Positions 25,627 through 30,622 of a DNA stretch of 30,622 nt are shown one piece after another. The notes beneath the pieces are model-generated. The model was not told the DNA's origin. It did not search any database and saw nothing but the letters and a program-made list of their open reading frames with translations. Source of the DNA: Myxococcota bacterium (lineage in GTDB: Bacteria > Myxococcota_A > Polyangia > Polyangiales > Houyiibacteriaceae); contig JBCDGX010000001.1 in assembly GCA_038750805.1 (NCBI GenBank), forward strand, positions 1 through 30,622, given 5' to 3'. Made by a program: the position numbers and the translations under genes. Numbering within the stretch: position 1 is the first letter of the stretch; each line of letters opens with the position of its first letter.

Positions 25627-25660
25627 GAGGACCAATCGAGGGAAGGGGTCACAGCGGCGC

Positions 25661-26650
25661 CTACTCCGCCGCCTCCGCCTCGTCGTAGGCGTAGAACTGG
25701 CGGCACCACTTTCGGTAGGGGCCGATGGGGCCATCGCTCGCCGCGAGGAGCGGGCGCTCGAAGTAGGCCTTGTTCTCCCAGATGGCGAAGTCCTGCTCGA
25801 CGTCGTGGACGAAGCCCTCGAAGAACATCTTCTCGACCATCGCGCTCATGTTCGGGTCGGGCAGCGTCTTCATCATGCCGCCGCCGCGCAGGATCACGTG
25901 GTCCCGGTCGAGGGGCGTCGAGAGCACGTAGGTGCGGAACTCGGTGTTGAACTGCGGGACCGTCACCTCGACGACCGAGTAGCCGAGGCCGTGCACGCGC
26001 ACGCGGAAGATGCTCTCGACGGTCTGCCCGGGCATGCCCAGGTTCGCGAGGTCGCGCTTCATCGTGTAGCCGATGCGCAGCGTCGAACCCTCGACGTCGA
26101 GCGCGTCGATCACGTGCATGTCCGTGTAGCCATGCACGTGCTTGAAGTGCGCGAGGTCGACGCTGTTCTCGCTCGTCTCCTGCGGGTGCGCGGCGACGCG
26201 CTCCCAGACGTGCCAGCTCATGTCGGACCAGCCCTCGGTGCCGCGGAGCTCGAAATAGCTCATCGGCTCGAAGCTCGGCCCCTCGCCGCGCGCGCCGTTC
26301 CAGAGGAAGACGGCGCCATCGACCTCGCGGACGTCGAAGGCCTCGGCCTTCATGCCCGGTGGGATCTTCTCCACGTCGGGGATCTCGACGCAGGTCCCGT
26401 CGCCGGCGAAGCGGAAGGCATGGAAGGGGCAGCGGAGCGTGCCGCGGTCGACGCAGCCGCCCTTGCCGAGGTGCGCGCCCATGTGCGGGCAGTAGGCGCC
26501 GAGCACATGGGCCCGGCCGCCTTCGCCGCGGAAGAGGACCAGCTCGCGGCCAAAGGCCTGGCGCGTCAGGACGGCGTCGTCCGTCAGCTCGTGGGAGAGG
26601 GCGAGGGCGAACCAGCCGCTCGGATAACTCGGGAAGGGGTAGCGAGACAT
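25661..26650 (-). CDS. Rieske non-heme iron oxygenase, KshA/Neverland (sterol-modifying)-like
   Basis: PSGWF, Rieske motifs CPHMGAHL and CPFH, mononuclear Fe site ENSVDLAHFKHVH, and C-terminal QDFAIWENK..DGPIGPYRKWCRQFY. Confidence 0.87.
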   Translation of the reverse strand: MSRYPFPSYPSGWFALALSHELTDDAVLTRQAFGRELVLFRGEGGRAHVLGAYCPHMGAHLGKGGCVDRGTLRCPFHAFRFAGDGTCVEIPDVEKIPPGMKAEAFDVREVDGAVFLWNGARGEGPSFEPMSYFELRGTEGWSDMSWHVWERVAAHPQETSENSVDLAHFKHVHGYTDMHVIDALDVEGSTLRIGYTMKRDLANLGMPGQTVESIFRVRVHGLGYSVVEVTVPQFNTEFRTYVLSTPLDRDHVILRGGGMMKTLPDPNMSAMVEKMFFEGFVHDVEQDFAIWENKAYFERPLLAASDGPIGPYRKWCRQFYAYDEAEAAE

Positions 26651-26736
26651 GAAACGCGTTCCGTCCCGACAGGTGTCCCCGGCTAGGGGGGTCACGTCAA
26701 GCGACGCGTGCGCCGGCCGCGCGTACCCCTGGGCCT

Positions 26737-26988
26737 TCAGGCCTTGCTCTCGCCCTCGTGGCGGAGCACGGCCGCGAGCTTCTGCACCCGCGCCTCGTCG
26801 AGGCCCTCGTCCTTCCGGGCGAGGGAGCGCACCATCGCGCCGAAGCCGGCGCCGAAGCGCTCGCACTCGGGGCAGCCGGCGACGTGCGCCTCGACCCGCT
26901 CTCGCGTCGCGGCGTCGAGGTCGCCGTCGAGGTAGTCGCTGAGCACCGCGAGCACCATGTCGCAGCGGATCCCTCCGACCTCACGCAT
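26737..26988 (-). CDS. Soluble zinc-binding anti-sigma factor (zf-HC2/ZAS)
   Basis: C9-x25-H35-x3-C39-x2-C42 and LSDYLDGDL. No TM segment. Start overlaps the sigma stop by 8 nt. Confidence 0.9.
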   Translation of the reverse strand: MREVGGIRCDMVLAVLSDYLDGDLDAATRERVEAHVAGCPECERFGAGFGAMVRSLARKDEGLDEARVQKLAAVLRHEGESKA

Positions 26989-27559
26989 CGTCGTCCTCCT
27001 CCGCGCGTAGCGCTCCGGCCAGGCGTAGCCGGGCGCGATGGAGCCGGCTCTTCAGCGCCGGCAGCTCGAGGCCCAGCACCGCGGCGGCCTCCGGGCCCGC
27101 CAGGCCCTCGACGTCCCGCAGCATCAGCACCTCCCGGTCGGTCTCCGCGAGGGAGGCCAGGGCCCGCTCGAGCCGCGCCCGCACCTGGGCGCGCACAGCG
27201 AGCTTCTCGGGATCGGCGCCCCAGCCGGCGGCGAGGCCGAGGGGCAGGAGCGCGTCCTCGTCGGGCTCCTCATCGTGCGCGTGCCGGGCTTCCCGGCGCC
27301 GATGCCGAAGCGCCGCGTTCCGCACGACGGTGAAGAGCCAGGTACGAGCGCGGGCCTGACCGCGGAAGCTCGCGGCGCCGCGGTACGCCGCGACGAGCCC
27401 CTGCTGGAGCGCGTCGTCGGCCTCCCCGTTGCCGACGAGGCCCGCCGCGAAGCGCCGGAGCGATCCGCCGTGTCGCCGCACGAGCGCCTCGAAGGCATGG
27501 CAATCGCCTTCCCCGGCGCGGCGAAGGAGCGCCTCGTCGCTCGCGTGGTCGGTGCCCAC
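26981..27559 (-). CDS. ECF RNA polymerase sigma factor
   Basis: SDEALL...GD..AFEALVRRH, ADDALQQ, FRGQARARTWLFTVVRN, and region 4 L.ETDREVLMLRDVEGL...EAAAVLG....ALKSRLHRAR. TATCCT lies 7 nt upstream of GTG 27559. Confidence 0.92.
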   Translation of the reverse strand: MGTDHASDEALLRRAGEGDCHAFEALVRRHGGSLRRFAAGLVGNGEADDALQQGLVAAYRGAASFRGQARARTWLFTVVRNAALRHRRREARHAHDEEPDEDALLPLGLAAGWGADPEKLAVRAQVRARLERALASLAETDREVLMLRDVEGLAGPEAAAVLGLELPALKSRLHRARLRLAGALRAEEDDDA

Positions 27560-27578
27560 GGGCCGGAGGATAGGGCCG

Positions 27579-27794
27579 TCAGCGCCCGGTCGGGCACGTC
27601 GAGAGCCCGAGCATCCGGTAGATGGGGCAGCTGCCCGCGAGGCCGGTGACCAGCGGCACGAGGCCGACGAGGCCCCAGAGCGTCTTCGGGCCGATGAACA
27701 CGAGGGAGAGCAGGGCGATGCCGAGGGCGACGCGGATGCCGCGGTCGAGGTTCGACTCGTTGCGAGGAAGGAGCGCCTGAGCGAGGGAAGCCAT
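27579..27794 (-). CDS. DUF2892 (YgaP-like TM domain) small membrane protein
   Basis: NESNLDRGIRVALG...GLVPLVTGLAGSCPIYRMLGLSTCP. Strong SD AAAGGAG upstream of ATG 27794. Confidence 0.9.
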   Translation of the reverse strand: MASLAQALLPRNESNLDRGIRVALGIALLSLVFIGPKTLWGLVGLVPLVTGLAGSCPIYRMLGLSTCPTGR

Positions 27795-27837
27795 ATCGAA
27801 TCTCCTTTCGGGCGGCGTTCGGCCGCCTTCGAAGGGG

Positions 27838-27867
27838 TAGAGTCCGGCGGTCCCGAAAAGGATTCGG
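27838..27867 (-). promoter_or_regulatory. Candidate ECF promoter for DUF2892-sigma-anti-sigma: CCGAATCC-N16-ACTCTA
   Basis: GAATCC at 27865-27860 and ACTCTA at 27843-27838. Near-identical copy on the opposite strand. Confidence 0.7.
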
Positions 27868-27911
27868 GGCCGGCGTCGATTTCGCGAGGCGCGGGCACGA
27901 AGGCAGCGATC

Positions 27912-27930
27912 CGTGCGAAAAGATCGCACG
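27912..27930. promoter_or_regulatory. Perfect inverted repeat CGTGCGA-AAAGA-TCGCACG
   Basis: 7-bp arms ending 3 nt upstream of the plus-strand GAATCC element. Confidence 0.5.
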
Positions 27931-27931
27931 A

Positions 27932-27961
27932 CCGAATCCTTCGGAGGCCCCATGGTCTCTC
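27932..27961 (+). promoter_or_regulatory. Candidate ECF promoter for the lipoprotein gene: CCGAATCC-N16-TCTCTC
   Basis: GAATCC at 27934-27939 and TCTCT at 27956-27960. ATG 27970 follows 9 nt later. Confidence 0.7.
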
Positions 27962-27969
27962 ACGTGGCG

Positions 27970-28800
27970 ATGACCCTTCGACGCACCTTCCCGAGCCTCG
28001 CTCTCTTCCTGCTCGTCGCCGCCTGCGGGGACGCGGCCGTGGAACCGGACGGGGCGCCCATCGGCTTCGTGAACGTCCGCTTCGAGGAGATCGCCCCGAG
28101 CCGCGCGGTCTTCCGCTTCGACACGAGCCGACCGACGCAATGCGAGGCCCATTGGGGCTTCGCGCCGGACGATCGGCCTTTCGTCGCACTCGACCCGGAC
28201 ATGCTCGAGGACGAGTACGCCATCGACCACCAGATCCCGCTCGAGGATCTGCCGGCGGGCACGACCATCTACGTGCGCGCGCTGGCCGAGGACCCGAGCG
28301 GCTTCGTCGACGAGTCCGAGCTCTACTCCTTCACGACGCTCCCGGAGGAAGACCCGATGGACGGCGAGCGCATGGACAACGTGGCGCTCATGGACGCCGG
28401 CGCGCGCATCGTCGAGGTGTCGAGCAACTTCGGCGGCGCGGCGAACGACCAGACCTGGGGCATCGACAACGCCTTCGACGGCATGATGAGCACCGAGTGG
28501 TCGAGTTACTCGGACGGCGACGACGCCTTCGTGACCGTGGCCTTCGCCGGCGCCTACGAGATCCGCCGCTTCGGGTTCCGGAGCCGAAAGATGACCGATG
28601 GCACCTCCATCGTGCGGAGCGTGCGCCTCGTCTTCCCGGACGGGACGGTGATGGGCCCCTTCGAAACGCCCGATCCCGACGAGTACTACGAGTTCCCGAT
28701 CACGCCGACGACGACGGATCGGGTCACTCTCGAGGCCGTCGAGACGACGGGCGGGAACACGGGCGCGAAGGAGATCCGCTTCTTCGCCCTTCCCGAGTGA
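27970..28800 (+). CDS. Lipoprotein with FN3-like N-domain and discoidin/F5-8 type C-like C-domain
   Basis: Signal MTLRRTFPSLALFLLVAA-C. H...L.DL..GTTIYVRA.A.D (FN3-like). NVAL...GARIV.VSS...NAFDG..STEWSS...EI..FGFRSR (galactose-binding-like fold). Confidence 0.8.
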   Translation: MTLRRTFPSLALFLLVAACGDAAVEPDGAPIGFVNVRFEEIAPSRAVFRFDTSRPTQCEAHWGFAPDDRPFVALDPDMLEDEYAIDHQIPLEDLPAGTTIYVRALAEDPSGFVDESELYSFTTLPEEDPMDGERMDNVALMDAGARIVEVSSNFGGAANDQTWGIDNAFDGMMSTEWSSYSDGDDAFVTVAFAGAYEIRRFGFRSRKMTDGTSIVRSVRLVFPDGTVMGPFETPDPDEYYEFPITPTTTDRVTLEAVETTGGNTGAKEIRFFALPE

Positions 28801-28832
28801 GGCGCGCGGCCGGGGGCGGGTAGGCTCGCCCC

Positions 28833-29102
28833 ATGTGCCGGAACATCCGCCCGCTCTTCAACTTCGAGCCCCCGGCCACCGACGACGAGATCGAGGCGGC
28901 CGCGCTTCAGTTCGTGCGCAAGGTGAGCGGCGCCACGCGCCCCTCGCGCGCCAACGAGGAGGCCTTCGAGCGCGCGGTCCGCGAGATCGCCGCGAGCACC
29001 CGGACGCTCCTCGGCGAGCTCGTGACGAGCGCACCCCCGAAGGACCGGGAGGTCGAGGCCGAGAAGCGCCGCGAACGGAGCCGGCGCCGCTTCGGCCGCT
29101 AG
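28833..29102 (+). CDS. DUF2277 family protein
   Basis: MCRNIRPLFNFEPPATDDEI.AAALQFVRKVSG...PS.AN..AF matches the family signature. TAGGCT lies 6 nt upstream. Confidence 0.9.
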   Translation: MCRNIRPLFNFEPPATDDEIEAAALQFVRKVSGATRPSRANEEAFERAVREIAASTRTLLGELVTSAPPKDREVEAEKRRERSRRRFGR

Positions 29103-30622
29103 CCCTCGTCCGTGTCCAGGAGCGGGGCGAGCTGCGCCGCGAGCATCTCCAGCGAGACGGGGGAGGGGAGCGCGGTGCTCTCGACCAGCACCCCGTTCTC
29201 CGTGTAGCGCACGTCGTTCCGCAGCCGCTCCTGCGGATAGTTCGCGACCTGGAGGCACACCGCGATGGGATGGTCGCGCACGACTCCGTTTCGAAGGTCG
29301 AGCTCGGCGTCGCTCGCGAGCTGGACGCCGCAGGTCGCTCCGCCCACGAGCTCGAAGCGTGCGACGTCGAGGCGACCGTCCGCGTAGGCGGCGAGGCTGG
29401 AGCCGGGGGCGCGGTCCGTGCAGCCCGGCGAGCAGTCCGGTCCTCGCGTGTCCTCGACGAGGAGATCGCGGACGACGGCGGTCGCCCGGTCCGAGACGAC
29501 GAGCCCGGTCTCGAGATTGCGCGAGAGGACGATGCGCCGAAGGTCCAGGACGGAGGCCTCGGAGGCGCTGATGCCGTGTCCGTAGACCTCGTCGTCGAAG
29601 GAGGTCGTGTCGCGGATGATGGCGTCGCTCAGCGTCACGTCTCCCTCGAGCGCGAAGAGACCGGCGAGACTGCAGCCGTCCACGAGGAGGCGCTGCGCTT
29701 GGGCGCGCCCACCGAAGCCAACCAGCAGTCCGACGCCAGCGACGGCGGGCATGCCAAACGCAGGATCCCGGACGACCACGTCGGACAGCACGAGCTCGCC
29801 CATGGTGAACGCGGCCAGTCCGACGCTGCGGCTCCCTTCGACGATCACGCGCTCGACGAGGACACGTCCGGCTCCGAGGGCGACGAGGCCGTAGCTCAGG
29901 TCCGCGAATTCGGGCCGGGGCAGGCTTCGCGTGTCGCGGATGGTCCCGTCGCGGAACGAGAGCTCGCAGCTCTGCTCCGCGATGACACCGACTGCCACGT
30001 TCCGCTCCAGGAGGCTGCGGCTCACGTCGAGGGTTCCGTCCAGGCACCGGATTCCCGCGCCGAGCACCTCGAGTTCGGCCTCGACCTGCGTGTCCGTGAC
30101 GAGCAGGTCCTCGACGGAGGCGTCGCCACCGTCTTCGACGGAGAGTGCCGCGCCGCGATTCCCGTCCAGCCATCCGCGGGTGAGCGTGACCGTGGCGCCG
30201 GCGTCCACGAAGAGCCCGAGCCCGCCTCCCGGCGTCTCCACCGACTCGCGCGTCTCGGCAACGCGAAGATCGGTGAGCGTCCCCTGGCTGCCCTCGTCGC
30301 GCACGAGGACGCCGATGGCCTGGTTGTCGACCACGGCTGCGCGTTCGAGCGTGAGCCTCGAGCCGTCCTGGGCAACGACGCCTCGGCCGAGCCCCGTCGG
30401 CGTCTCCGTGGTCCCCTGCACGACGAGGTCCGTCGCGTCGAGCGTCGACGCGAAAAGCTGGATGCCCGTATCCCGGTTGCTGCGCACCTCGGCGCGCTCG
30501 AGCGTCACCGTGCCGCCCTCGTTGAGCTCGCTGCCGCGACCCAGGGCCCCGTCGATTGCGCGGGCTCGTGTGTCTACGACCACGTGATCGCGCGCCTCGA
30601 CGCGTGATGCCGGGCCGAGCAC
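29099..30622 (-). CDS. Right-handed parallel beta-helix repeat protein, 5-prime partial
   Basis: Repeating G(L/I)xxxxG..L.L.R..L..N...G and L.D..V.DT motifs throughout. C-terminal CGVQLA...VCLQV..Y...L..DVRY. Frame is open at the window edge. Stop overlaps the DUF2277 stop in CTAG. Confidence 0.8.
   Translation of the reverse strand: MLGPASRVEARDHVVVDTRARAIDGALGRGSELNEGGTVTLERAEVRSNRDTGIQLFASTLDATDLVVQGTTETPTGLGRGVVAQDGSRLTLERAAVVDNQAIGVLVRDEGSQGTLTDLRVAETRESVETPGGGLGLFVDAGATVTLTRGWLDGNRGAALSVEDGGDASVEDLLVTDTQVEAELEVLGAGIRCLDGTLDVSRSLLERNVAVGVIAEQSCELSFRDGTIRDTRSLPRPEFADLSYGLVALGAGRVLVERVIVEGSRSVGLAAFTMGELVLSDVVVRDPAFGMPAVAGVGLLVGFGGRAQAQRLLVDGCSLAGLFALEGDVTLSDAIIRDTTSFDDEVYGHGISASEASVLDLRRIVLSRNLETGLVVSDRATAVVRDLLVEDTRGPDCSPGCTDRAPGSSLAAYADGRLDVARFELVGGATCGVQLASDAELDLRNGVVRDHPIAVCLQVANYPQERLRNDVRYTENGVLVESTALPSPVSLEMLAAQLAPLLDTDEG

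Overview
Gene-dense, very GC-rich bacterial DNA (sampled lines about 70-75% GC), most likely from a myxobacterium (Polyangia/Sandaracinaceae-like; inferred from protein families and style). About 25 CDSs; no tRNA, rRNA, CRISPR array, IS or prophage was seen. In order: a Cys-rich/PPC-domain lipoprotein; argE-argA; a PP2C phosphatase; a TetR regulator; an EXPERA (EBP-like) membrane protein; a HelD-like SF1 ATPase; an RluA-RlmI-type fusion; LysR, HtrA and a membrane-anchored MutS-like ATPase; a D-cysteine desulfhydrase-like PLP enzyme; a SprT-like protease; a Pro-rich membrane protein; a GAF hybrid kinase; a TldD-like protease; an intramembrane-sensing kinase plus OmpR regulator next to a delta-9-type desaturase; a hypothetical gene; a KshA/Neverland-like Rieske oxygenase; a DUF2892-ECF sigma-ZAS anti-sigma operon divergent from a discoidin-domain lipoprotein; DUF2277; and a partial beta-helix protein. 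Most notable: (1) two back-to-back promoters with identical motif and spacing (CCGAATCCTT-N12-GGWCTCT) flanking the ECF locus, defining a candidate ECF mini-regulon; (2) a kinase/regulator/desaturase locus with a phased 11-bp repeat array, a candidate membrane-fluidity circuit; (3) at least 8 genes with a -10-like hexamer 6-7 nt before the start codon, suggesting widespread leaderless mRNAs; (4) sterol-related eukaryote-like enzyme families. All functional assignments come from motif recognition by eye; no database search was run.
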